Shown: piece by piece, positions 38,878 through 48,384 of the stretch | How positions within the stretch are numbered: the first letter of the stretch is position 1 | How the letters are laid out: every line of letters begins with the position of its first letter | Origin: Polyangiaceae bacterium | GTDB lineage: Bacteria > Myxococcota_A > Polyangia > Polyangiales > Polyangiaceae | Reading direction: 5' to 3' | DNA: 64,000 nucleotides | Assembly: GCA_050287085.1 (NCBI GenBank) | Contig: JBNKBE010000002.1 | Span: 256,001 to 320,000 of the forward strand | Notes under the pieces: model-generated | Databases searched by the model: none | What the model saw: only the letters and a program-made list of their open reading frames with translations | Told to the model about the DNA's origin: nothing | Program-made: the position numbers and the translations under genes

Positions 38878-39996
38878 GTGAACCGACATGATGCGACGAT
38901 CGCGGAGGTGCGCGCCTCAGTGCGAGGCCTAATGCGGCGCTTTGGTCCGGACTATTGGCGTGCCCGTGACGAGGAGCGGACGTTTCCGGATGAGTTCTTC
39001 CAGACTTGCGCGGCCGCCGGATACTTCGGAGCGTTGATCCCCGAGCAATACGGCGGCAGTGCGCTCGGACCTGCCGTGGCGAGCGTGCTCATCGAAGAGG
39101 TGAACCGCGCCGGGGGAGACGCCGTTACCCTCAATGCTCAAATGGCGATCATCGGTGCGCTCGTGCGTTCCGACAACGAGCCGCTCAAGGACGTCTACCT
39201 AGCGGGCGTCGCCTCTGGTGAGATCCGAGCGTTGAGCGTGGCGGCGACGGAGAGTGATAGCGGCGCCGACATGTCGGATCTGAAGACGCAGGCGCGGCGG
39301 GCTGGCGACAACTGGATTCTCAATGGCCAGAAGATCTTCATCTCCCTTGCCGAACACACCCGCCTCATGTTCTTGCTCGCGCAGGCCGAGGAGGGGCCAA
39401 CGTTGTTTTTGCTCGATCGCGAGCTTCACCCCACCGGAATCGAGACTCACGCGCAACCGATGGTTGTCAATCGCATGACAACGACCTTGTTCATCGACGA
39501 GGTGTGTGTGGCGGACCGCTTCCGCATCGGGGCGCCCGGGCGGGGGCTCGCCACGTTGATGGGCGGTTTTGCGCCGCGACGGATCTTCGCAGCGGCGGAG
39601 GCCATCGGCAATGCTCGGTTCCTATTGGACCTTGCACTCGAGCATGCAAAGACCCGCGAGACCTTTGGGCAGCCCATCGGTAAGAATCAGGGCGTGCAAT
39701 ATCCGCTCACCCAGGCATACGCCAAGGTCGAGGCCGCCGACCTCATGCGCTGGGACGCGCTGAGCGAGCTAGCAAGTGGGGCTGACGCCGGCGGTCGCTC
39801 GGCGCTTGCCAAGATTCTATCCTCGGAGGCTGCGTGGGAAACGGCTCGTGCGGCCATGACCACGTTTGGCGGTTGGTCTCTAGCTAGCGATATGCATGTG
39901 GAACGCAAGTTGCGGGAGAGCACCGTATTCGTCTTCAACAATCTCTTGCTCAGCTACGTCTCGCAACGCGTACTTGGACTGCCCAAGGCTTACTGA
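38878..39996 (+). CDS. Acyl-CoA dehydrogenase family protein
   Basis: IPEQYGG, ATESDSGAD, NGQKIFIS, RETFGQPIGKNQGVQ, TFGG. Start at GTG 38878 inferred. Confidence 0.9.
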   Translation: MNRHDATIAEVRASVRGLMRRFGPDYWRARDEERTFPDEFFQTCAAAGYFGALIPEQYGGSALGPAVASVLIEEVNRAGGDAVTLNAQMAIIGALVRSDNEPLKDVYLAGVASGEIRALSVAATESDSGADMSDLKTQARRAGDNWILNGQKIFISLAEHTRLMFLLAQAEEGPTLFLLDRELHPTGIETHAQPMVVNRMTTTLFIDEVCVADRFRIGAPGRGLATLMGGFAPRRIFAAAEAIGNARFLLDLALEHAKTRETFGQPIGKNQGVQYPLTQAYAKVEAADLMRWDALSELASGADAGGRSALAKILSSEAAWETARAAMTTFGGWSLASDMHVERKLRESTVFVFNNLLLSYVSQRVLGLPKAY

Positions 39997-40055
39997 GGAG
40001 CGGCTCGGCGCTCAAGGTTTGAAAACCGGCACAAGCCGGAGAAAGTGCACTAAAC

Positions 40056-41072
40056 ATGTCTCGCCCGATCCTCGATCAGCTACGTCTAGGAGTTCCTTGG
40101 CCGACCTTGGATCCGTTCCTGTTCTGCGTGCACCACAAGGACGCCTACCCCCGTGGCAATGGCCGCATGGCACCCGCCGTGTCGCTCGCCGGCCGCGCTT
40201 TGGGACAGGACTTCTCAGGCAAAGACGGTTTCAGCATGTATCATGGCCAGTCCGTGCCGGGGTTTCCCAGCCATCCCCATCGTGGCTTTGAGACGGTGAC
40301 GATCGGTCGCGCGGGCTTGATCGACCACTCCGACTCGCTAGGAGCTACGGCGCGCTTCGGTCGCGGTGACGTGCAGTGGTTGACCGCTGGCTCCGGCATC
40401 GTGCACGCTGAAATGTTCCCTTTGGTCGAGGAGCAGCGCGACAATCCATTGGAGCTCTTTCAGATCTGGTTGAATCTGCCGAGCCGCAGCAAGTTCGTAC
40501 CTCCTTATTTTACCATGTTCTGGCGCTCGCGCGTTCCCGCTCACAGCTTCCGCGACTCGCAGGGGCGGGTGGCGACTGTGACCACCGTGGCGGGGTCTTT
40601 GGGAAGCGAAACGATGCCCGCCCCCCCGCCCGATAGTTGGGCGAGCTCTCCTGACAACGACGTGGCTATTTGGTCGTTGGCATTGGAGCCTGGTGCGTCT
40701 TGGTTGCTCCCGGCCGCAGCGGTGGGAGTCAATCGAGTGTTGTACTTCTTCGCCGGTGATGAGATTTCGATCGCGAGTGAACGCTTCGAGGAGCATCAAG
40801 GCTTCCATCTTCGGCCGGATGCGAGCGTAGAGCTCTTGGCGGGCGCGTCTGGCGCTGAACTCCTTCTCCTACAGGGGCGGCCGATCTCGGAACCAGTTGT
40901 CAACTACGGTCCTTTTGTCATGAATTCTCCGGCGGAGATCCGGCAAGCCATCGCCGACTATCAGAAGACGCAGTTTGGTGGCTGGCCCTATTCCGAAGCC
41001 GGTCCTGTTCATGGCACCGAACCGCGCTTTGCTCGTCACGCTGATGGTCGCGTCGAGCGCGCCACTGAGTGA
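40056..41072 (+). CDS. Pirin family protein
   Basis: HPHRGFETVT, HSDSLG, GIVHAE, QIWLNLP, YGPFVMN. Confidence 0.95.
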   Translation: MSRPILDQLRLGVPWPTLDPFLFCVHHKDAYPRGNGRMAPAVSLAGRALGQDFSGKDGFSMYHGQSVPGFPSHPHRGFETVTIGRAGLIDHSDSLGATARFGRGDVQWLTAGSGIVHAEMFPLVEEQRDNPLELFQIWLNLPSRSKFVPPYFTMFWRSRVPAHSFRDSQGRVATVTTVAGSLGSETMPAPPPDSWASSPDNDVAIWSLALEPGASWLLPAAAVGVNRVLYFFAGDEISIASERFEEHQGFHLRPDASVELLAGASGAELLLLQGRPISEPVVNYGPFVMNSPAEIRQAIADYQKTQFGGWPYSEAGPVHGTEPRFARHADGRVERATE

Positions 41073-41086
41073 CGACTGAGGCCAAC

Positions 41087-41749
41087 TCAGTCGTCGAGGC
41101 GAGTTCCGTAGAACGCGGCTCGTAGCCCGAGCGTCGCGATGCTTCCAGTCAGCGTCTCGCTCGTCTGGAAGGAATAACTGACAGAGGGGCCGACGGACAT
41201 GTGCCAGAAGCGCAGTGCGTCCCAATACGCTCCAAGGCTCAGGCTAGCGAGCGAACCTCCGTCAGCGACCTTCTCATCGTCGCCGTCGACGATTCCCGCA
41301 AAGCCCGCACCAACCTCAGCGGTCAACGCGAGATCGCGATAGAAGCCCCCCGCGGCATAGGCAGGAAAAGCCTCAAAACGTAGGCCAATCATACCACCGC
41401 CGTAGCGCAGGGCTCCACTTGCGGCGATATCCGTGCGGAAGGTGAGGCCAAGCGTGAGCCAGTCGCGGGGGGTGCTGCCAACGAACACGCTCCAGGAGCT
41501 TGCGGGCGGCAGCTTGAGGCGCTGTCGATATCGAGGATTGTCGATTTGATCGATCTTGTTCGGATAACCCGTGACCAGACCGGTTCCCAAGGGCGCTAGG
41601 TTGACGCCGAGCGTGAAGCCCCCGCGGCGCTCCACCGCAACGCTGGGGAGAGGGACGTCGGCGGGATTGGCTGCGAACGTGTGTGACGCGGTTGAGAGCG
41701 CCGTTGCGCTGAGACCCACAAGCAGCGGGCACAGAACTCGAGTATGCAT
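41087..41749 (-). CDS. Exported outer-membrane beta-barrel-like protein
   Basis: Signal peptide and amphipathic beta strands; GGAGG RBS before ATG 41749. Confidence 0.6.
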   Translation of the reverse strand: MHTRVLCPLLVGLSATALSTASHTFAANPADVPLPSVAVERRGGFTLGVNLAPLGTGLVTGYPNKIDQIDNPRYRQRLKLPPASSWSVFVGSTPRDWLTLGLTFRTDIAASGALRYGGGMIGLRFEAFPAYAAGGFYRDLALTAEVGAGFAGIVDGDDEKVADGGSLASLSLGAYWDALRFWHMSVGPSVSYSFQTSETLTGSIATLGLRAAFYGTRLDD

Positions 41750-41787
41750 CGGACCTCCTCGGCGGATTGGGTTTAGGATGAATCGAC

Positions 41788-42735
41788 TCAAGGGCTTCCG
41801 GTATTAGCCGTTTGCGGGGTCGGCTGTGAGGAGGGCTCGGGTGTTGTCGAGGGCTGAGGCGCCGCGGCGCTACCTAGTCCTTCAGGGCGCGCAGGACGCG
41901 TCGCGTCGCGGCGGATGCGGATGCTGCGGATCACGGGGGGCTTATCTGCGTTCGGCCCGGTGAGGCGTGTTTTGGCGAGAGCGTGGATGACGTTTTCCGG
42001 GGCGCACTTGCCGAACACCGTGTACCCGCCGTCCAGGTGAGGCGCGGGACCGTCCATGATGAAGAATTGCGAGCCGTTGGTGTTGGGGCCCCGATTGGCC
42101 ATGCACAACAGTCCGACTGCGTCGTGGCGCGCGCCCTCCCAGATTTCGTCGGGAACTTCGAAACCGGGGCTGCCCAGTCCAGTCTTCTCTGGATCCCCTC
42201 CTTGGATCATGAAGCCACCAGTGATTCGGTGGAAAACATTGTTGTCGTAGAGGCGCTCCTTGACCCAAACGTCGTCTTTCTTCCAGGGCCGTATGCCACG
42301 CGCCAGCCCGACGAAGTTGGCGACGGTGATGGGCGCTTTGTCCGGGTAGAGCTCACATTCCAGCTTGCCCTTCTCTGTCGCGATATCCGCGACCAGAAGA
42401 CCCTTGGCGGGCATGCCTTTTACGGCGTCGGCCATGGTGAACTCACCGCGTGCTGGATCTCCTGGCGTCGGGCGCACAGCCATGACCGGCTTTGGCGCAA
42501 GGCGTTTCGCTTGGCGTTCGCGGGCCGCCTGCTTGTGACGTTCGATCTGCTCAGCGCGGCGCCTCGCTGCTTCCTCCGGCGTGCTGGTGCTAGCTGTTTC
42601 CCGGGTGGGGTTTTGCGCCGAGGGTGTTGCCGCGGAGGTGCTTCGCTCGCTGGGCTCGGGGGGCTTTTCGGCGACGCATCCGGCGACCACCAGGCAAGTG
42701 ATAGCGACGGCTCTCAGGTCCTTAGGGGCTCTCAT
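41788..42735 (-). CDS. Cyclophilin-type peptidyl-prolyl isomerase lipoprotein
   Basis: Lipobox VAGC; FHRITGGFMIQGGDP, MANRGPNTNGSQFFI, HLDGGYTVFG. Confidence 0.92.
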   Translation of the reverse strand: MRAPKDLRAVAITCLVVAGCVAEKPPEPSERSTSAATPSAQNPTRETASTSTPEEAARRRAEQIERHKQAARERQAKRLAPKPVMAVRPTPGDPARGEFTMADAVKGMPAKGLLVADIATEKGKLECELYPDKAPITVANFVGLARGIRPWKKDDVWVKERLYDNNVFHRITGGFMIQGGDPEKTGLGSPGFEVPDEIWEGARHDAVGLLCMANRGPNTNGSQFFIMDGPAPHLDGGYTVFGKCAPENVIHALAKTRLTGPNADKPPVIRSIRIRRDATRPARPEGLGSAAAPQPSTTPEPSSQPTPQTANTGSP

Positions 42736-43097
42736 CGTCAATGGCATCTCCCCGGTGCCGCCAGATGTCAAGGCTTTGGGGACACGCCCAAGCCATGAGC
42801 GGAGGTGCGGGGAGGGAGCTTGCCGGTGGGTAGTGCCGGGCCCACTTTCGATCAAGGTTGGGACACGCCCTGGGGCATGCCCCACCAGCCGGGCTTTGCG
42901 GTGCTGGCCAGGAGCGCTTTGAGCAGGTACTTCGGCGAGCCGTCGCTTGCGCGAGGGGTGCAAAGATCCGCCTCATCGCTCTGCTGGCCGACGGCGCAGC
43001 ACACGTTTGAGACGTATTGTGGGGCTTGAGACCCTACCCCGACCCCTGTTGGGGCGGTTGTCGGAGCTCGACCGGGACGCGCCCGCAGATCTGCGCT

Positions 43098-43688
43098 ATG
43101 GATCGTCTCATGATCGTCAGGATGTCTCCGAGCGCTAGCGGTGGACCCAGGGTTAGGGGCGGCGTCGGATTGGGCGCAGGCCTGGCCCTTTTGCTGGTGT
43201 CGTGTGGTGGAGAAGTCGATGCCGGAGACTCCCGCGCATTCTCTTCTGGGACGGTGAAGCCTGATGCCAGCAGCGATCGCGGGGAGTTGAGTCCGGAGGT
43301 GGGGGGAGCTCCGGTGCTCGAAGACGAGGAGCGAACGGACGTCTTCGCGGACCCTGGCTGTCCTGCTCCGCCCCCACCCGTGCGCTTCGACGAGTGTGAC
43401 GTCTTCGGGGTCAATACCTGCCCGGAGGGTGACGCTTGTTATCCCTACGTGCTCTACCCAGATGCGCCCTGTGAGCCCGAGACCTACGGTGCCCTGTGCG
43501 CGTCGTTGGGAGAGGGACGTCAGGGGGATGCCTGTGACTCGAGTCGTTGTGCTCCGGGCTACATGTGCGTCGCTACCGGGCGCGGCACGCAGTGCGCCGA
43601 GATCTGTCCGTTTCCGGGCGAGAATACGTGTCCCGATGGACTGCTTTGCGGCAACGTGGACATCGAGGGGCTTGGTACGTGCTTCTAG
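43098..43688 (+). CDS. Cys-rich lipoprotein
   Basis: Lipobox LVSC; dense Cys array (CPEGDACYP, GDACDSSRCAPGYMC, CAEICP). Confidence 0.7.
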   Translation: MDRLMIVRMSPSASGGPRVRGGVGLGAGLALLLVSCGGEVDAGDSRAFSSGTVKPDASSDRGELSPEVGGAPVLEDEERTDVFADPGCPAPPPPVRFDECDVFGVNTCPEGDACYPYVLYPDAPCEPETYGALCASLGEGRQGDACDSSRCAPGYMCVATGRGTQCAEICPFPGENTCPDGLLCGNVDIEGLGTCF

Positions 43689-45289
43689 TGCGCGGCGTGA
43701 GGTCCGGCCTTCGGCGACTGGAAGTTCAGCGGTTGCCAACTCGAGGGTTGCGATCCGGTCTGCGACTGGCGGCATGTTGCCTTTGGGGGGCCGGCGTATG
43801 GGCTTGCGGCGCGCGCTCGGCTGCGGGGGACGGGACCTCGGCACGTCGCGTGGAAGCGGGGGACGCGTCTGCTGCGCGCTGCGATGATCCGGAGCGGTGC
43901 GCGGATCTCTGCATCGAAACGATCTGTTCAGGCGATGCGTGTACGAGCGCACCGAAGAGCTGTGACGACCTAGACCCTTGTACGCTCGACAGCTGTGATA
44001 GCGGCACGGGCGAGTGTCGCCACGAACGCGTGTCGGAAGACGCGGACGGCGATGGCTTCTTTGCTCGACCGCAGGGCGTCTCTCCGCTCGACGCGTTCGA
44101 GCAATGTGGTCGGGACTGCGACGACTCTTCGCCCTTGGCGTATCCCGGCGGCACGGAGGTTTGTGACGGTTTGGATAACGATTGCGATGGCGAGGTGGAC
44201 GAAGGGGCGGTGCTGAGCGGCGAAGCCTCCGAGCCCCGAGTCGTATCGACGCCCGGGGTGAGTGCTTCGCTTGGGGGGTGGTCAGTCGGCGCAGGGTTCT
44301 ACGCGTTTTTCCTGACGGAAGATGCGGGGCATCAGCAAGGACGCGTCATTGGACTTGATGCATTGGGCAACACCGTCATGGCTAGAGCGGACGTTGCGCG
44401 CGTCAACAGCGACAACTTCGCTGGCCCCATGGCGTGGACCGGCAAGTCTTTTGGACTCGCTTGGGAGGATCGTCGCGATGACGCCTACGAGATCTACTTC
44501 AACCGCATCGACGTGAGCGGCAACAAGCTGGGACAAGACCTCCGCGTCACCTATCAGCCTGCGTTCTCGATCAACCCCTCGATGCGCTTCACGGGGAGTG
44601 AGTTCATGTTGTTCTGGCAGGACCGACGTAGCGGCAGCTATGGCATCTACGGGCGCCGGATCACGCGCAATGGTGAGTTGAACGGTAGCGAAGTTCTGCT
44701 CACGCCTGACTTCGAGAACGCTGAGGGGGCCACAACTGCGGTGGGGACCAATTCCGTCGCGTTGGCTTTCAATACGGGTTTGTCCGGCGACATTCACGTT
44801 CGATTCGTTGGCTTCGAACTCGAGCTGTTTGGGGCGAGCCACCAAATTGTCGAGGGCGGAGCGAATGCGCCCAGCCTGCGCTACCACAACGGAAGTTACT
44901 ATCTAACGTGGGCCGAATACCACGGCTCGCCGGGCACGTCGATTTGGGCCGCTGCCTTTTCAGAGCAGGGGGAGATCACGATACCCCCGGCGCGGATCGC
45001 TGGCCCAGGTGGCTACATGCGTTCCGCCTCCATGTTGCCTTTGGGCGACGGCTTCTCCGTCTTTTGGTCCGAGCATGACGGCGCGAGCTACGACATATAT
45101 CGCCGCTCTCTCAGTGCCCAACTCGAGCCCACGTCGGACCCCATACGTGTGACGAACACTCCGAACGACGCCGTTGGCCCCGGAGCTGCATTTGCCGAAG
45201 CCGGTACTCTCGGGGTTACCTACGTCGAACGCGTCGGCGGGGTCCCGCGCGTGATGGTGCAGACCCTCGGCTGTCAGCAAGTGCCGTGA
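43688..45289 (+). CDS. Cys-rich lipoprotein with a MopE-like putative metal-binding repeat and a beta-rich C-terminal domain
   Basis: Lipobox VWAC; CDDLDPCTLDSCD; DADGDGF...DCDD...YPGGTEVCDGLDNDCDGEVDE; TAGTG coupling to the upstream gene. Confidence 0.78.
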   Translation: MRGVRSGLRRLEVQRLPTRGLRSGLRLAACCLWGAGVWACGARSAAGDGTSARRVEAGDASAARCDDPERCADLCIETICSGDACTSAPKSCDDLDPCTLDSCDSGTGECRHERVSEDADGDGFFARPQGVSPLDAFEQCGRDCDDSSPLAYPGGTEVCDGLDNDCDGEVDEGAVLSGEASEPRVVSTPGVSASLGGWSVGAGFYAFFLTEDAGHQQGRVIGLDALGNTVMARADVARVNSDNFAGPMAWTGKSFGLAWEDRRDDAYEIYFNRIDVSGNKLGQDLRVTYQPAFSINPSMRFTGSEFMLFWQDRRSGSYGIYGRRITRNGELNGSEVLLTPDFENAEGATTAVGTNSVALAFNTGLSGDIHVRFVGFELELFGASHQIVEGGANAPSLRYHNGSYYLTWAEYHGSPGTSIWAAAFSEQGEITIPPARIAGPGGYMRSASMLPLGDGFSVFWSEHDGASYDIYRRSLSAQLEPTSDPIRVTNTPNDAVGPGAAFAEAGTLGVTYVERVGGVPRVMVQTLGCQQVP

Positions 45290-45314
45290 CGAGAGCGGCC
45301 GTCGTCTGGCCGTT

Positions 45315-45359
45315 GTCTATCAGCGTCTAGAGGTCTATCAGCGTCTAGAGGTCTATCAG
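45315..45359. repeat. 18-bp tandem repeat GTCTATCAGCGTCTAGAG, about 2.5 copies, duplicating the purF 3' end
   Basis: Units at 45315, 45333 and a partial unit at 45351; includes the purF stop at 45345. Confidence 0.9.
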
Positions 45360-46805
45360 GCGCATCTGCTGATTGCGGGTCGATGGCTTGAACTCGATCG
45401 GATACTGACCGCTGAAGCACGCGTGGCAATACCGCTCTTCACCTTGCGCTAGAACCGGCAGATTGCGCCGTCGCTTGTCCGAGTTGCTGAGCTCGGTGAT
45501 CGCGTCCACCATGTTTTCCATCGTCAGGTACTCGAGGGAGTCGCTGGTGATGTAGCGGTTGATTTCTTCTGGTGTGCTCTGCGCAGCGATTAGCTCTGCC
45601 CGAGTGGGAGTGTCGATTCCGTAGTAGCATGGCCAACGCCACGGCGGACTCGAGATGCGGAAGTGGACTTCGCGCGCGCCAGCTTCGCGCAGCATTCGCA
45701 CGATCTTCCGACTGGTGGTGCCTCGCACGATGCTATCGTCGACGACAACCACCCGCTTGCCTCGTAGCACCTCGGAAACGGGGCTCAGTTTGAGCTTAAC
45801 ACCAAAGTGACGGATGCTCTGCTCCGGTTCGATGAACGTGCGTCCGACGTAGTGGCTTCGCACCAGTCCGAGTTCAAACGGCAACCCGGATTCCTCGGCG
45901 TAGCCAATCGTTGCGGGCACCCCGGAGTCCGGAACCGCTATCACGACATCCGCGTCGAGTCGGTTGCGGTCTTGACGGGCGAGTGCTCGACCGACGCTCT
46001 TGCGGGCTTCGTACACGCTCACGCCGTCCAGAGTGGAGTCTGGACGAGCAAAGTAGATGTACTCAAAGATGCAACGTTTACTTGCGGCCGCCTGGAACGG
46101 GCGCATCGAGCGAATGCCATTCTTGTCGATGATCAGCATTTCACCCGGCTCTACGTCGCGCATGAACTCAGCGCCCATGAGAGTGAAGCTCACGGGTTCA
46201 CTGGCCACCACGTAGGTGTCCGGCGCGCCATCAACCTCTTTGTTGGGCAGGCGAGCCAAGCACAGGGGCCTAATCCCCAGGGGATCGCGCACCGCGATAA
46301 CTTTGGTTTCGGTGAGGCAGACCAGGGAATATGCCCCTTCAACTTGCGACAGTGCTTCGGCCAGGCGATCTTCCGTTGTGGCTTGGGCACTTCGGGCGAC
46401 CAAGTGAACGATCACCTCAGAGTCGCTTGCGCTATGAAATATCGACCCGCTCTGCTCCAACTGTTCGCGAAGTAGTTGGGCGTTCGTCAGATTGCCGTTG
46501 TGAACGAGGGCCAGTTGGCCGTGGACGTAGTCGATGGCGATGGGTTGTGCGTTCTTGATGAACGAGCCCCCCGCGGTGGAGTAGCGAACATGGCCTATCG
46601 CCGCCTCGTCCCCGCGCATGCGTTCCAGCTGGCGGGACGGAAAGACGTCGATGACCTGACCCATGCCCTTCTGTAGGACCAGCCGGCGGCCGTCACTCGT
46701 AGCGATACCGGCGCTCTCCTGACCTCGATGCTGCAGGGCATGCAGGCCAAGATAGGTGAGGTTTGCTGCTTCCGCGTGGCCGAAGATTCCAAATACTCCG
46801 CACAT
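45345..46805 (-). CDS. purF: Amidophosphoribosyltransferase ([4Fe-4S] type)
   Basis: [23 protein letters not shown]; Cys ligands [17 protein letters not shown]. Confidence 0.97.
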   Translation of the reverse strand: MCGVFGIFGHAEAANLTYLGLHALQHRGQESAGIATSDGRRLVLQKGMGQVIDVFPSRQLERMRGDEAAIGHVRYSTAGGSFIKNAQPIAIDYVHGQLALVHNGNLTNAQLLREQLEQSGSIFHSASDSEVIVHLVARSAQATTEDRLAEALSQVEGAYSLVCLTETKVIAVRDPLGIRPLCLARLPNKEVDGAPDTYVVASEPVSFTLMGAEFMRDVEPGEMLIIDKNGIRSMRPFQAAASKRCIFEYIYFARPDSTLDGVSVYEARKSVGRALARQDRNRLDADVVIAVPDSGVPATIGYAEESGLPFELGLVRSHYVGRTFIEPEQSIRHFGVKLKLSPVSEVLRGKRVVVVDDSIVRGTTSRKIVRMLREAGAREVHFRISSPPWRWPCYYGIDTPTRAELIAAQSTPEEINRYITSDSLEYLTMENMVDAITELSNSDKRRRNLPVLAQGEERYCHACFSGQYPIEFKPSTRNQQMRLIDL

Positions 46806-46958
46806 AATTACACCGCCGATGGGCTGCGTTGATCTTGTGAGCTCCTAGAGAGCGCGCAGCTTGTAGGGCCGGCGCAGCAGCTGGGATGAACTGGGACGTG
46901 ACTCACCGCAACACCCACAGATCATGCCCCAAAGGCAAGACGTCAGCCAGGACCGACT

Positions 46959-46979
46959 TGGCACGGTGTGACTGTGCCA
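46959..46979. promoter_or_regulatory. Inverted repeat TGGCAC-N9-GTGCCA between pilT and purF
   Basis: Perfect 6-bp arms, extendable with G-U pairs; function unknown. Confidence 0.25.
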
Positions 46980-47186
46980 GGTGGAGGAGGGGCGCATGCG
47001 AGCTCGTCATCCTACTAACCGGAACCGGCGCGGTCATGCCCGCTTGGTGACGATTTCGCAAGGGCTGCGGTACATTCTTTTCTGCCCGCGATACGGCGAG
47101 CGCCGATGCGGTTCGGCTCCGGGTGCGGACCTGGCGAGCGTGCAAGGTGGCTGGATTTCGCCCTCGCCTTGGCCGGACGACTTGCG

Positions 47187-48281
47187 TCACGCCACCGGCT
47201 GACCTTTGGTTTCGATCATCATGCGCAGTTCATCTTGTTCCGTGGAGCGTCCGAGAGCCTCCTCCAGGGTGATCAAGCGTCGCGCGTACAGCGAGTAGAG
47301 CGACTGGTTCATGGTCTGCATCCCGTTCTTGCCCTGACCCATCTGCATCTGAGAGTAGATCTGGTGCACCTTATCCTCTCGAATCAGATTGCGGATCGCG
47401 GAGTTGGGCACCAGGACCTCCATGGCCAATACCCGTCCCGGCGCTCCGGCTCGTGGCAGCAGCAACTGACTTAGGACACCCTCCAGCACAAACGAGAGCT
47501 GAGCACGGACCTGCGCCTGTTGGTGCGGTGGAAAGACGTCGATGATGCGGTTGATGCTTTGGGCCGCGGAGTTGGTGTGTAGGGTGGCGAAGACAAGGTG
47601 ACCGGTTTCTGCGATCGTCAGGGCCGCTTCGATCGTCTCGAGATCGCGCATTTCGCCGATCAAGACGACGTCAGGATCCTGTCGGAGCACATACTTCAGC
47701 GCGTCTTTGAACCGTGCCGTATCGGCGCCAATCTCACGCTGGTTGACGATGCAACGCTTGTGCGGATGGAGATACTCGATCGGGTCCTCGATCGTCATGA
47801 TGTGGCTCCGTTGTTCGGAGTTGATCTTGTCGATGATGGACGCGAGCGTGGTCGACTTGCCCGAGCCGGTCGGTCCGGTTACCAAGACGAGCCCACGCGG
47901 TCGGTTGGAGAGCGTAACAACGACCTGTGGCAACCCCAGTTCTTCGAAGGTCAGAATCTTGAACGGAATGGCACGGAACGCCCCGGACACGGCGCCCCGC
48001 TGCATGAAGATATTAGCGCGATAGCGCGACAGGTTCTTCACGCCAAAAGACAGGTCGAGCTCCTTGTTTTTCTCGAACTCGATCTTCTGTTCTTCCGTGA
48101 GCACGGAGTAGCAGAGCTGCTTCGTTTCGACCGGGGTCAGGGCGTCGAGCTTGAGCGGGACGATGTTGCCGTCGACCCGTAGCAACGGGGGCGCACCCGT
48201 CGTGATGTGCATGTCGCTGGCGCCTTTTTCGATCATGGCGCGCAGCAGTTGATGGAGGTTGACCTTAAGGCTTTGCGTCAT
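47187..48281 (-). CDS. pilT: Type IV pilus retraction ATPase PilT
   Basis: ASDMHI, GPTGSGKSTT, EDPIEY, LRQDPDVVLIGEMRD, AIRNLIRE. Confidence 0.96.
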   Translation of the reverse strand: MTQSLKVNLHQLLRAMIEKGASDMHITTGAPPLLRVDGNIVPLKLDALTPVETKQLCYSVLTEEQKIEFEKNKELDLSFGVKNLSRYRANIFMQRGAVSGAFRAIPFKILTFEELGLPQVVVTLSNRPRGLVLVTGPTGSGKSTTLASIIDKINSEQRSHIMTIEDPIEYLHPHKRCIVNQREIGADTARFKDALKYVLRQDPDVVLIGEMRDLETIEAALTIAETGHLVFATLHTNSAAQSINRIIDVFPPHQQAQVRAQLSFVLEGVLSQLLLPRAGAPGRVLAMEVLVPNSAIRNLIREDKVHQIYSQMQMGQGKNGMQTMNQSLYSLYARRLITLEEALGRSTEQDELRMMIETKGQPVA

Positions 48282-48384
48282 GTGCAGATCTTTCGACGGA
48301 GACCGAGGTGATGCTCGCGGTGACGAGGCGGGGCACGCCTGCTCCCAGGCGGACCCATGACAGATGATTCGAGTTGCGCTAGCG

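Noticed and set aside
46806..47186. Purine-related riboswitch or small ORF (46903-47190) upstream of purF
   Set aside because: No ZTP, PRPP or purine consensus is recognisable, and the ORF lacks protein-like features.
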